Shown: positions 8,789 to 17,589 of the stretch, piece by piece
How the letters are laid out: each line of letters starts with the position of its first letter
How positions within the stretch are numbered: position 1 is the first letter of the stretch
Translations under genes and position numbers: made by a program
Notes under the pieces: model-generated
Database searches by the model: none
What the model was told of the DNA's origin: nothing
What the model saw: the letters and a program-made list of their open reading frames with translations, nothing else
Assembly (NCBI GenBank): GCA_965649055.1
Contig: CBFGJG010000040.1
Coordinates: forward strand, 1-18,729
DNA length: 18,729 bases
Reading direction: 5' to 3'
From: a candidate division WOR-3 bacterium
GTDB lineage: Bacteria > Hydrothermota > UBA3072 > B12-G15

Positions 8789-10261
8789 ATGAAAAATAGA
8801 ATGTTGAATTTTATCATTGCATATATTCTGATATTTGTCCTACTTCTTCTTTATCAAAACTATGTCGTGAAGAAAAGACAACCAGTTCAGAAAACCGAAG
8901 AAGTAAAAGAAGAACAGGTAGAGCAAAAGAATATAGAGATAGTTCAGAAGACAGAAGAGGTAGGCAAAAACATAGAAGAAGTTGTTTTTGAGAATAAAAA
9001 ATTAAAGGTTGTTTTTCAAAATATAAATGGTGCTATCAAAAACATATATATTAAAGATTATAATGTTAATTTAATTGGAAAAGATTTAATTTTTATCACA
9101 TCCTATATAAAAGGTTCCCAGAGGATTTTAACTGATATACCGTATAATTATGAGATAAAAGGCGATTCTATCAGATTCTTTTATGAAGATTCACTTCTCT
9201 ATGAAAAAATATATATTTTTAATAACGATAATTATTCTATTAAATTAATTCAGAAACCTGAAACTGATTATTATTACACTGTTTTTAAGTTTGAAACAGA
9301 TGAGAAACATTCAGATAAGGATAGATTTAATGGTGCTGTGTATTCACTTGCTAAAAAGATATTCACAATTCAGGATAGAAGTTTTATAAAGACAGACAAG
9401 AAATCAATTCCAGGTATTGTTGACTGGTCTGGATATAAGACAAAGTATTTCTTCTTTGGAGTTGTTCCTGAAGATAATGGCGAAGAGGTTATTTTCGAAC
9501 GGATATCTGAGAATTCTGGAATTACAATGAAATACAGGAAAGATATAACTTTATTTGCAGGACCGCTTGAATATTACTCTTTAAAAAAGGTTAAGATTGG
9601 TCTTGAGGATGCAATCTATTTTGGTGCAAGCTGGATTAGGCCTGTTGCTAAATTGATTTTTTTCTTTATAACATTTTTGCATAAATATATAACCAATTAC
9701 GGTCTTGTTATAATAGTGCTTACAATTGTTATAACAATAATACTTTCACCAATAAATTTTCTTTCTTTCAGATCAATGAAGGCAATGAAAGATATTCAAC
9801 CGAAGATTCAGGAGCTTCAAAAGAAATACAAAGATGACCCGAAGACACTTAATACAGAAATAATGAATGTTTACAGGGAAGCAGGTGTTAATCCGTTTTC
9901 AGGTTGTCTGCCTTTATTCTTACAACTTCCTATTTTCTTTGCACTTTATGCTGTATTAAGCAGCACAATAGAACTTAAAGGTGCCCATTTTATCCTCTGG
10001 ATAAAGGACCTTTCAGCAAAAGACCCGTTCTATGTTCTACCGATACTTATGGGTATTACGATGTTCCTTCAGCAGAAATTTTTTACACCACAGACAGGCA
10101 CAGGTTCACAGGAACAGCAGAAAATGATGACATATATGATGCCAGTATTGTTCACATTCATATTCTTCAATTTCCCTTCTGGCCTTGTGCTATACTGGCT
10201 TTTATATAATATACTTTCTATGCTTTTGCAGTACTTTATGAAAAAACAAGTAGGAGGATAA
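8789..10261 (+). CDS. yidC: Membrane protein insertase YidC
   Basis: N-terminal TM, periplasmic domain, NYGLVII, QPKIQELQKKY, GVNPFSGCLP, WIKDLSAKDPFYVLP, PSGLVLYW. Confidence 0.97.
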   Translation: MKNRMLNFIIAYILIFVLLLLYQNYVVKKRQPVQKTEEVKEEQVEQKNIEIVQKTEEVGKNIEEVVFENKKLKVVFQNINGAIKNIYIKDYNVNLIGKDLIFITSYIKGSQRILTDIPYNYEIKGDSIRFFYEDSLLYEKIYIFNNDNYSIKLIQKPETDYYYTVFKFETDEKHSDKDRFNGAVYSLAKKIFTIQDRSFIKTDKKSIPGIVDWSGYKTKYFFFGVVPEDNGEEVIFERISENSGITMKYRKDITLFAGPLEYYSLKKVKIGLEDAIYFGASWIRPVAKLIFFFITFLHKYITNYGLVIIVLTIVITIILSPINFLSFRSMKAMKDIQPKIQELQKKYKDDPKTLNTEIMNVYREAGVNPFSGCLPLFLQLPIFFALYAVLSSTIELKGAHFILWIKDLSAKDPFYVLPILMGITMFLQQKFFTPQTGTGSQEQQKMMTYMMPVLFTFIFFNFPSGLVLYWLLYNILSMLLQYFMKKQVGG

Positions 10262-10858
10262 ATGGAAACATTAATTGTGGAAGGGAAAAATTTAGATGAG
10301 GCACTAAGCATCGGACTTGAAAAATTAAGCCTCACAAAGGATGATGTTGATTACAGGGTGATTCTGAATAATGATATTGTAAAAATAAAGATCTACAGAA
10401 GAAACGAGATTGAAAGGATAATTAAGGACATAGTAAAGAATTTTGTTGAGAGGTTAACTGATAAGACAGATGTTGAAATTATAAGCAAAGGAAATGCAGT
10501 CTACATTGCTAATATCTTAACAAACGAAGATGCGATTCTTATTGGTAAAAAAGGAAAGACACTTGAAGCACTGCAACATCTTATATCAAGAATGATTCAT
10601 AAATACGATAAGGATATTGAAGTGAATGTTGATGTTTCAGGATACAGAGAAAAGAGAGAGCATCTTCTAAGACAGAAGGCAATAGCATTTGCAGAAGAGG
10701 TTAAAAGAACAGGTAAACCAATTATATTCGAGGAAATGCCTGCTTATTTAAGAAGGATTATTCACATCACTTTACAAAAAGACAATTCAGTTAGAACCTA
10801 TACTATAGGTGATGGTGAATTAAAGAAAGTTGTTATTGCACCTGCTTCTAAGAAGTGA
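10262..10858 (+). CDS. jag: Jag/EloR (KhpB) RNA-binding protein
   Basis: Jag-N (EGKNLDEAL), KH domain (LIGKKGKTLEALQHL), R3H domain (RRIIH); synteny after yidC. Confidence 0.93.
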   Translation: METLIVEGKNLDEALSIGLEKLSLTKDDVDYRVILNNDIVKIKIYRRNEIERIIKDIVKNFVERLTDKTDVEIISKGNAVYIANILTNEDAILIGKKGKTLEALQHLISRMIHKYDKDIEVNVDVSGYREKREHLLRQKAIAFAEEVKRTGKPIIFEEMPAYLRRIIHITLQKDNSVRTYTIGDGELKKVVIAPASKK

Positions 10859-12208
10859 ATGGAAGATACCATTGCAGCAATCAGCACAAGTCCTGGTGTT
10901 GGTGCTATATCAATCGTAAGAGTAAGTGGTAAAGATTCTTTTAAGATAGTATCAAGAATTTTCAAAGGAAAGAAAAATCTACTTAATGTAAAAAAAAGAG
11001 ATATCATTTATGGCTGGATTATTGATAAAGAAAAAAATATTGTTGACGAAGTTCTTCTTTTTGTTATGCGAGGTCCTAATACATACACTGGTGAAGATAC
11101 AATTGAAATATCTACACATGGTGGATATTTGCCTGCAAAGAAAGTCCTTGAAGTTGTCCTTGATGCAGGTGCAAGGCTTGCAGAAAGAGGGGAATTTACA
11201 AAAAGGGCATTCTTTAATGGGAGAATAGACTTAATAAAAGCAGAGAGTATAAATGATATTGTCAGGGCAAAGACTGAAAAATCTTTGATGATAGCTGAAA
11301 GGAATCTTAAAGGTGGACTTTCAAAAAAGATAAACAGGATAAAAGAGAAACTTATTGAAACAATTTCAGACATTGAGTTATCTCTCGATTTCCCGGAAGA
11401 AGATGTTCCAAACATTGATTTTGAAAAAATAATTTCTGATTTAAACTCATTGAAAAAAGAACTTGAATCGTTGAAAGAAAGTTATAAAATTTCAAGCGCT
11501 TTAATGGAGGGTATCGATGTTGTAATTATTGGAAGACCAAATGTTGGGAAATCAAGTATTTTTAATGCAATGTTGAATGAAGAAAAGGCAATAGTAACAC
11601 CAATACCTGGAACAACAAGGGATATAATTGAAGGATGGATAGACCTTGATGGTTTTCCAGTAAGACTCCTTGATACTGCCGGATTAAGAAAAACTAAAGA
11701 TGAAGTAGAAATTATTGGAGTTGAAAGGACCTACAAGAAAATTAAAGAATCTGATTTTTTGATAGTAGTGATAGATGGTTCATCAAAATTGACAGATTAT
11801 GATAAAGAAATTATTAATAAATATAAAGATGCATTATTAGTTGTAAATAAGATTGACCTTGGAATAAATAAAGAAATTGAAGATACATTTAAAGATGTTA
11901 TTTTTACTTCTGCATTAAGTTTTCAAGGGATTGAAGAAATTTTAGAAAGGCTAAAAATAAAAATAGAAGAAAGATTCCCTGTAAATTACGGTGAAGATTT
12001 TATAACAAAGGAAAGGGAAATCTATTCTGTAAAAAAAGCAATAAATTCAATAAATAATGCATTAAAGAATATTAAGGAGAAAAGGAATCTTGAACTTATT
12101 GCATTTGAACTGAATGAATCTGTAATTGCATTGAAAGAATTGATTGGTGAAATAACATCAGAAGATATTTTAAACAGAATATTCTCTGAATTTTGCATAG
12201 GTAAATGA
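10859..12208 (+). CDS. mnmE: tRNA modification GTPase MnmE (TrmE)
   Basis: DTIAAIST, YTGED, GEFTKRAF.NG, G1 GRPNVGKSS, GTTRD, DTAG, NKID and C-terminal FCIGK. Confidence 0.98.
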   Translation: MEDTIAAISTSPGVGAISIVRVSGKDSFKIVSRIFKGKKNLLNVKKRDIIYGWIIDKEKNIVDEVLLFVMRGPNTYTGEDTIEISTHGGYLPAKKVLEVVLDAGARLAERGEFTKRAFFNGRIDLIKAESINDIVRAKTEKSLMIAERNLKGGLSKKINRIKEKLIETISDIELSLDFPEEDVPNIDFEKIISDLNSLKKELESLKESYKISSALMEGIDVVIIGRPNVGKSSIFNAMLNEEKAIVTPIPGTTRDIIEGWIDLDGFPVRLLDTAGLRKTKDEVEIIGVERTYKKIKESDFLIVVIDGSSKLTDYDKEIINKYKDALLVVNKIDLGINKEIEDTFKDVIFTSALSFQGIEEILERLKIKIEERFPVNYGEDFITKEREIYSVKKAINSINNALKNIKEKRNLELIAFELNESVIALKELIGEITSEDILNRIFSEFCIGK

Positions 12209-13227
12209 AATTAGAAGAATTTGATTATTATCTGCCAGAAGAATTGATTGCTCAGTATCCTGTTGAAAGAGGATGTTCAAGATTGCTTGTTTTAAACAGA
12301 AATACAGGTGATATTAAACACAGGAATTTTAAAGATGTAATTGAATATATTGAACCGGAAGATGTTCTGGTTCTTAATAATACAAAGGTTATTCCAGCAA
12401 GACTTTATGGTAAGAAGGAAACTGGCGGGAAGGTTGAAATTTTTATTCTTAAGAAATTGGAAGATAAAATTTATGAAGTTCTTGCTGGTCCTGGTAGGAA
12501 GGCAAAGATAGGAGATAAAATAATATTCTCGGAAAATTTTTATTGTATTATAAAAGATATAAATAAAGATTTCGGAACAAGAATAGCAGAATTTTTCGGA
12601 GAAGATATAGATGGAATGATAGAAAGATATGGGGAAATTCCATTACCACCATATATAAATAGAAAACCTGAAGATATTGATAGGATAAGGTATCAGACAG
12701 TATACGCAGAAATAAAAGGAGCGGTTGCAGCACCTACAGCAGGATTGCATTTTACTGAAGAATTGTTAGAAAAAATAAGAGAAAAAGGTGTAAAGACTGT
12801 CTTTATTACCTTACATTCAGGTCTTGGGACTTTTAGACCTGTTAAGGTTAGTGAGATTGAAAAGCATAGAATGGAACCTGAATATTTTAATGTGAGCAGG
12901 GAAACAACAGAGATAATAAATGATGCAAAATCAAGAGGGAAAAATATAATATGTGTTGGAACAACAACGATAAGGGCACTTGAATCAATTGCGGATGAAA
13001 AAGGTTTTGTGAAAGAATATGAAGGCAAGACAAATCTCTATATATATCCGCCATATAAATTTAAAGTATGTGATAAAATCATCACGAATTTTCATCTTCC
13101 TAAATCAACTTTGCTTTTACTTGTATCAGCATTTGCAGGGAAAGAGAAAATATTAAATGCATATAAAGAGGCAATAAATCTTAAATACAGATTCTTTTCC
13201 TATGGCGATGCCATGATGATAATCTAA
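12205..13227 (+). CDS. queA: S-adenosylmethionine:tRNA ribosyltransferase-isomerase QueA
   Basis: FDYYLPEELIAQYP, PLPPYI.R, RYQTVYA, VAAPTAGLHF, TNFHLPKSTL, RFFSYGDAM. Confidence 0.98.
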   Translation: MKLEEFDYYLPEELIAQYPVERGCSRLLVLNRNTGDIKHRNFKDVIEYIEPEDVLVLNNTKVIPARLYGKKETGGKVEIFILKKLEDKIYEVLAGPGRKAKIGDKIIFSENFYCIIKDINKDFGTRIAEFFGEDIDGMIERYGEIPLPPYINRKPEDIDRIRYQTVYAEIKGAVAAPTAGLHFTEELLEKIREKGVKTVFITLHSGLGTFRPVKVSEIEKHRMEPEYFNVSRETTEIINDAKSRGKNIICVGTTTIRALESIADEKGFVKEYEGKTNLYIYPPYKFKVCDKIITNFHLPKSTLLLLVSAFAGKEKILNAYKEAINLKYRFFSYGDAMMII

Positions 13228-13236
13228 ATTTTCTTA

Positions 13237-13265
13237 TTGACTATAAAAAGAATTATTATTAAACT
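13237..13265 (+). promoter_or_regulatory. Putative sigma70 promoter of cas6, likely leaderless transcript
   Basis: TTGACT (13237-13242), 17-nt spacer, TAAACT (13260-13265). ATG 13272 lies 6 nt after the -10 box; no Shine-Dalgarno. Confidence 0.55.
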
Positions 13266-13271
13266 AAAATA

Positions 13272-14030
13272 ATGAAGATAAAAATTACATTTGAACCAGT
13301 AAATAGTAAAGGAATAATACTCCCATTTGATTACAATTACTTAATTCAAGGTTTTATTTACAATAATTTAAAAAAAACGATTTCTTCAAAAATACATAAC
13401 AAAGGTTTTAATTATCAAAAAAGATCTTTTCGCCTATTTGTATTTTCACGTCTATATGGAAATTATGAAAGGATTGAAAACAGAATGAAGTTTAAGAGCA
13501 CCTGTTATTTATACATTGCATCTCCAATTATAGAAATACTTGAGTCATTTGCAACTTCAATTGTAAAAAAAAATAAAGTTAAAATAGGTGAAAATTGTGT
13601 ATATGTAAATGGAATAGAGGTTTCATTTATAAAAGACTTTTCTCAACCTGTATACATAAAAACATTATCTCCAATTACTGTATATTCAACACTTTTGACA
13701 AAAGATGGAAAAAGAAAAACCTATTATTATTCTCCTTTTGAAAATGAATTTTCAAAGCAGATTAGGGAGAATTTAATAAAAAAATATACTATCTTAAATT
13801 ATGAGAGAAATTTTGACAAAATGGATTTCAATATAAATCCTTATAAAGTTTCAAAAAATAATGAACACATAGTTCTTTATAAAAACACAGTTATAAAGGC
13901 TTGGTCAGGAATATATAGAATAGAAGGTTCAAAGGAACTCTTAGAAATTGCTTTTGATTGTGGTATAGGTTCAAAGAATAGTCAGGGTTTTGGTATGATT
14001 GAATTGTTTAAATTAAAGGAGGATAGATGA
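13272..14030 (+). CDS. cas6: CRISPR-associated endoribonuclease Cas6
   Basis: LPFDYNYLIQGFIY, H..G....RSFRLFVFSRL, TLSPITV and the C-terminal glycine-rich loop GIGSKNSQGFGMI; 252 aa. Confidence 0.95.
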   Translation: MKIKITFEPVNSKGIILPFDYNYLIQGFIYNNLKKTISSKIHNKGFNYQKRSFRLFVFSRLYGNYERIENRMKFKSTCYLYIASPIIEILESFATSIVKKNKVKIGENCVYVNGIEVSFIKDFSQPVYIKTLSPITVYSTLLTKDGKRKTYYYSPFENEFSKQIRENLIKKYTILNYERNFDKMDFNINPYKVSKNNEHIVLYKNTVIKAWSGIYRIEGSKELLEIAFDCGIGSKNSQGFGMIELFKLKEDR

Positions 14031-14485
14031 GAATATATCTTGTTCAACATGGAGAAGCGAAGAGTGAGGATGTAGACCCTGAAAGATCATTGACAGAAAA
14101 AGGTATAGAAGAGACTGAAAGGATTGCAGAAATTTTAAATAGGAAAGGGATAAAAATTTTTAAAATTTATCATAGTGGTAAAAAGAGGGCTTATCAGACT
14201 GCAAATATTTTTTCAGAAATTCTCGATGTTCCGTCTGAAAAAAGTGAAGGCTTAAATCCACTTGATGATATAAATTTATGGTTTGAGAAGATAAAAAATG
14301 AAGATAATGATATAATGATAGTAGGACATCTTCCTTTTCTTGAAAGACTTAGTTCAAAAATTCTTTGTGGGAATGAGGATTTAAAGATAGTTAAATTTAG
14401 ATACTCTTGCGTTGTATGTCTTGAAAAGACAGAACTGAATGTATTTTTTATTAAATGGTTTTTAGTCCCTGAAATAATTATTTGA
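14027..14485 (+). CDS. sixA: SixA-like histidine phosphatase
   Basis: IYLVQHGEA (RHG variant), R.LTEKG, HSGKKRAYQTA, MIVGHLPFL; 152 aa. Strong SD AAGGAGGA (14016-14023) and ATGA overlap with cas6. Confidence 0.85.
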   Translation: MRIYLVQHGEAKSEDVDPERSLTEKGIEETERIAEILNRKGIKIFKIYHSGKKRAYQTANIFSEILDVPSEKSEGLNPLDDINLWFEKIKNEDNDIMIVGHLPFLERLSSKILCGNEDLKIVKFRYSCVVCLEKTELNVFFIKWFLVPEIII

Positions 14486-14509
14486 CAAAATAAATATTTT
14501 AATTATAAT
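14482..14509 (+). promoter_or_regulatory. Consensus sigma70 promoter upstream of the small ORF/nucleotidyltransferase/cas3 genes
   Basis: Perfect TTGACA (14482-14487), 16-nt spacer, perfect TATAAT (14504-14509). Confidence 0.7.
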
Positions 14510-14525
14510 AAAAAAAGGGTAAAAA

Positions 14526-14735
14526 ATGATAATGAATAGAAAATTTCTTGAAAAATTTGAAAATGAACAAGTCAAGACAATTAAAAATAATTATTTCCAA
14601 AACTTAACAATTTTTGAGATGCTTTTAAAATATGCAAAAGAAATTAGTGGATTTAAATCCCATAATATATTATTTGAGATTAAAAATGATATTAAATATG
14701 CGAGGGCGATAAATGGAATTAAAAGAACTGATTAA
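14526..14735 (+). CDS. Small helical hypothetical protein, putative partner (antitoxin-like) of the downstream nucleotidyltransferase
   Basis: 69 aa, fills the gap after a consensus promoter and overlaps the next gene by 23 nt. The start could be 14526 or 14532. Function inferred only from the two-gene layout. Confidence 0.6.
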   Translation: MIMNRKFLEKFENEQVKTIKNNYFQNLTIFEMLLKYAKEISGFKSHNILFEIKNDIKYARAINGIKRTD

Positions 14736-15270
14736 AAACATTGTCTTGCATCTTAAAAAGGAGAAGATTGATTATATGATTATAGGTGGACAGGCAGTTT
14801 TATTGTATGGTGAACCAAGGCTCACAAAAGATATTGATATTACACTAAATATTGGGATTGAAGAATTAAATAAGATTTTAGGAATCTCAAAAATCTTAAA
14901 ATTTAAAATATTAACGAAGAATCCTATTGATTTTGTAAAAAAGACATTGGTGCTCCCAGCCTTTGATAGTAAAACTGGAATGAGAGTAGACTTTATATTT
15001 TCGTATTCTGAATATGAAAAACAAGCCATAAAAAGAGCAAAAAAAATAAAGATAAAAGGAACATTTGTGAAATTTTGTGCAATTGAAGATTTGGTGATAC
15101 ATAAGATAATTTCTGGTCGCCCAAGAGATTTAGAAGATGTGAAAATTATTTTGATGAAAAACAAATTTTTAGATGAAAAATACCTGACTAAATGGCTCAA
15201 AAGTTTTGAAGAAGTTCTTGGAGAAGATTTAATAAATAAATATAAACAAGTAAAAAAGAGTATTAAATGA
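14713..15270 (+). CDS. Pol-beta superfamily nucleotidyltransferase (DUF6036/AbiEii-like)
   Basis: YMIIGGQAVLLYGEPRLTKDIDI (GG...R.T.D.D), RVDFIF (third Asp), EDLVIHKIISGRPRDLEDV; 185 aa. Confidence 0.8.
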   Translation: MELKELIKNIVLHLKKEKIDYMIIGGQAVLLYGEPRLTKDIDITLNIGIEELNKILGISKILKFKILTKNPIDFVKKTLVLPAFDSKTGMRVDFIFSYSEYEKQAIKRAKKIKIKGTFVKFCAIEDLVIHKIISGRPRDLEDVKIILMKNKFLDEKYLTKWLKSFEEVLGEDLINKYKQVKKSIK

Positions 15271-16895
15271 TGAATAGTTGTAAAAATTTCTACATGAATT
15301 TTGGCTTTAAACCTTTTATTTATCAAGAAAGTGTATGGGATTATTTTAAAAATCTGAATTTTCCCTTTTTAATTAAGGCACCAACGGGTTCAGGTAAGAC
15401 AGAAGCAGTTATTTTCCCATTTTTGAATCAATTTTTGGAAAATAATTTTTATCTTGCTCCAAGGATGATTTATGTATTGCCAATGAGGGTTCTCGTGAAT
15501 AACATTGCTCAGAGAATAGAAAATTATGCAAAGAAAATTTCTTCAAATCTTTCAGTTGAGATCCAGCATGGTGACATTCCCAATACTCCTTTTTTTATTT
15601 CAGATATAGTTGTTACAACTCTTGACCAATTTCTTTATGGTTTTGCAAGAGCAAGTCATCAGGTTGGACATCACATTGATATGCCTGCCGGTTCTATTGC
15701 TTCTTCACTGGTAGTATTTGATGAAGCCCATATGTATAGAGATGAGTTCACATTTGCCATTATGCGTGCCTTGATGGAGATATTACATAAGAGTAATATT
15801 CCCTTTGTAGTTATGACCGCTACCATGCCTAAAAGTCTTGAAAGAAGCCTTTTTGAAAATATTGACATAGATGAAGGTAAGAAGATTGTTGGGGAGATAG
15901 ATTTAAGCTCAAGCTTAAATATAACCTTATTTGAAGAACCACTTTTTAAAGGCAATGAAGTAAATATCTCAAATGAACTTTTAGAAAAAATAAAAAACAA
16001 GAAGACGCTTATAGTCTTAAATCAAGTGAGTAGAGCTCAAATGGTTTATAAAGAAATTAAAAATATGCTTGATTTAAATGATGATGAGATTGTCTTACTT
16101 CATTCACAATTTACAAGGAAAGATAGAGAAGAACATGAAACAAGGGCACTTTCCATTATTCCTCATAAGAAGGAGAAAGAAATTATAAAACCGGAAGGAA
16201 CGGGCATAGTGGTCTCAACTCAGGTTCTTGAAGCAGGTATTGATTTTTCAGCTGAACTTTTGTTGACAGAACTTGCGCCAGCAGATTGCCTTGTTCAGAG
16301 GGCTGGAAGATGTGCGAGATATGAAGGGGAAAAGGGAGAAATGATTGTTTTCCCTGTTGAAGATGATAAAGGACATCTGCCTTACAAAAAAGAGTATTTA
16401 CCAAAAACCCTGGAGTGGTTACAAAACAATAATAATTTCAATATTAAAAACTTTAACGAGGTTTGCTCCTTTATTGATAATACCCTTGATTATCAAGCAA
16501 ATGATTATGAGGCAGCGGATACCTTAATTGATTTGTATGAGTGCGTTTTATATGCTGATATTAAACCTTTCAATATACAAGTTAGAGAGGGGAAACCCAT
16601 AACATTGGTAGTTGTTGATCTTTCAATAGGTGAAGGCAGTAAGAAAGAAGAAAGGATTAGTGATGCGATTAAGAAAACGAATATTAGGAATAATTCTATA
16701 AATCTTGACTTTAGAGTTGGATGGCAATTATTAAAAAAGGGGATTTTAAGATATAAGTTGAATTTTGACTCAGACCAAGGTTTATGGAATTTTACAGAGG
16801 CAAAAGATATATTACCTTTCAGTTATTATCTCCTTGAAAAAAGTTATTATGATGAACTTAAAGGGGTGATGCAAGATGTCGGGTATTTTATATAG
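15267..16895 (+). CDS. cas3: CRISPR-associated helicase Cas3' (no HD domain)
   Basis: Q motif (FIYQE), Walker A APTGSGKT, YVLPMRVL, TTLDQ, DEAH, MTAT, LLHSQF...DR, STQVLEAGIDF, TELAP.D.LVQRAGRCAR. No N-terminal HD domain; cas context. Confidence 0.93.
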   Translation: MMNSCKNFYMNFGFKPFIYQESVWDYFKNLNFPFLIKAPTGSGKTEAVIFPFLNQFLENNFYLAPRMIYVLPMRVLVNNIAQRIENYAKKISSNLSVEIQHGDIPNTPFFISDIVVTTLDQFLYGFARASHQVGHHIDMPAGSIASSLVVFDEAHMYRDEFTFAIMRALMEILHKSNIPFVVMTATMPKSLERSLFENIDIDEGKKIVGEIDLSSSLNITLFEEPLFKGNEVNISNELLEKIKNKKTLIVLNQVSRAQMVYKEIKNMLDLNDDEIVLLHSQFTRKDREEHETRALSIIPHKKEKEIIKPEGTGIVVSTQVLEAGIDFSAELLLTELAPADCLVQRAGRCARYEGEKGEMIVFPVEDDKGHLPYKKEYLPKTLEWLQNNNNFNIKNFNEVCSFIDNTLDYQANDYEAADTLIDLYECVLYADIKPFNIQVREGKPITLVVVDLSIGEGSKKEERISDAIKKTNIRNNSINLDFRVGWQLLKKGILRYKLNFDSDQGLWNFTEAKDILPFSYYLLEKSYYDELKGVMQDVGYFI

Positions 16896-17589
16896 TGCTC
16901 CGGAAGAAAAATATATAGAACATATTCAAAGGTGTGAAGAAAAATTTCAGATTATTTTTCCATTGTTTAAATCTACAATCTCAAGAATTATCCCAGATGG
17001 CGATTTGGAAAAAGCCTTTATTAAGATGCTTCTCTTCCATGACCTCGGAAAACTCACAAAAAAATGGCAGGATAACTTAGGAAATAGTAGAAAATTGCCT
17101 TCACATGCTCCGATTGGTGCAGCTATTCTTTATAAAATTCTTTCTGAAGATATAAGAGAGCCTTTTAGCTTTGCAGTAGCCATCCATCATACAGATAGTG
17201 GACTTCTTGGAGATAATATTGAAAGACCAGATGTTCAGGCAGTATTAGATGGTATAGTTAATTACAATGGGGAAATAATCTGGCATGAAGAGGTAAATAA
17301 ATTAGAAAATTATTTCTTCCCTGAAGAATGCAAAAATTTAACAGTAAACGATTTAAAAGAGATGGCAAGGGGGTTTAGGGTATGGGCTAAAGGAGGTGGG
17401 CTATTAGAACAGCATCAAAGAAGGCTTCAAGTATCATTGACACATCATATATTGAAATTATGTGATATTTCAGCAGCTGCTGAAAGAAAAGAATATCAAA
17501 GGAAAGACGACATAGATTATTATGGTGGCTGGTTGATGGTAGAAGAGATACACAAATATATTGAAAACATTAAACAGAGGAGTAGTTAA
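16876..17589 (+). CDS. cas3'': CRISPR-associated HD nuclease Cas3''
   Basis: YIEHI, FHDLGKL...WQ, HAPIGA, AVAIHH, LKLCD..AA..R give the Cas3-type HD motif order. Own SD-like GGGGTG (16863-16868) 7 nt before the ATG. Confidence 0.88.
   Translation: MSGILYSAPEEKYIEHIQRCEEKFQIIFPLFKSTISRIIPDGDLEKAFIKMLLFHDLGKLTKKWQDNLGNSRKLPSHAPIGAAILYKILSEDIREPFSFAVAIHHTDSGLLGDNIERPDVQAVLDGIVNYNGEIIWHEEVNKLENYFFPEECKNLTVNDLKEMARGFRVWAKGGGLLEQHQRRLQVSLTHHILKLCDISAAAERKEYQRKDDIDYYGGWLMVEEIHKYIENIKQRSS

Noticed and set aside
1374..13028. Short minus-strand and nested ORFs (1374-1598, 4427-4705, 6249-6440, 6661-6852, 7713-8012, 8213-8497, 10069-10335, 10798-11007, 11008-11415, 11010-11228, 12548-12733, 12693-13028)
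   Set aside because: All overlap well-supported + strand genes and lack recognisable motifs.
14772..15326. 184-aa minus-strand ORF
   Set aside because: Antisense shadow of the nucleotidyltransferase gene; F/I/L/S-rich with no recognisable motif.
14911..16527. Nested ORFs 14911-15102, 15671-16000, 16183-16404, 16345-16527
   Set aside because: Shadows within the nucleotidyltransferase and cas3' genes with no independent support.
16861..16895. cas3'/cas3'' as one fused helicase-HD gene broken by a sequencing frameshift
   Set aside because: cas3'' has its own ATG with an SD-like GGGGTG 7 nt upstream, there is no long homopolymer at the junction, and split cas3 genes are a known arrangement.
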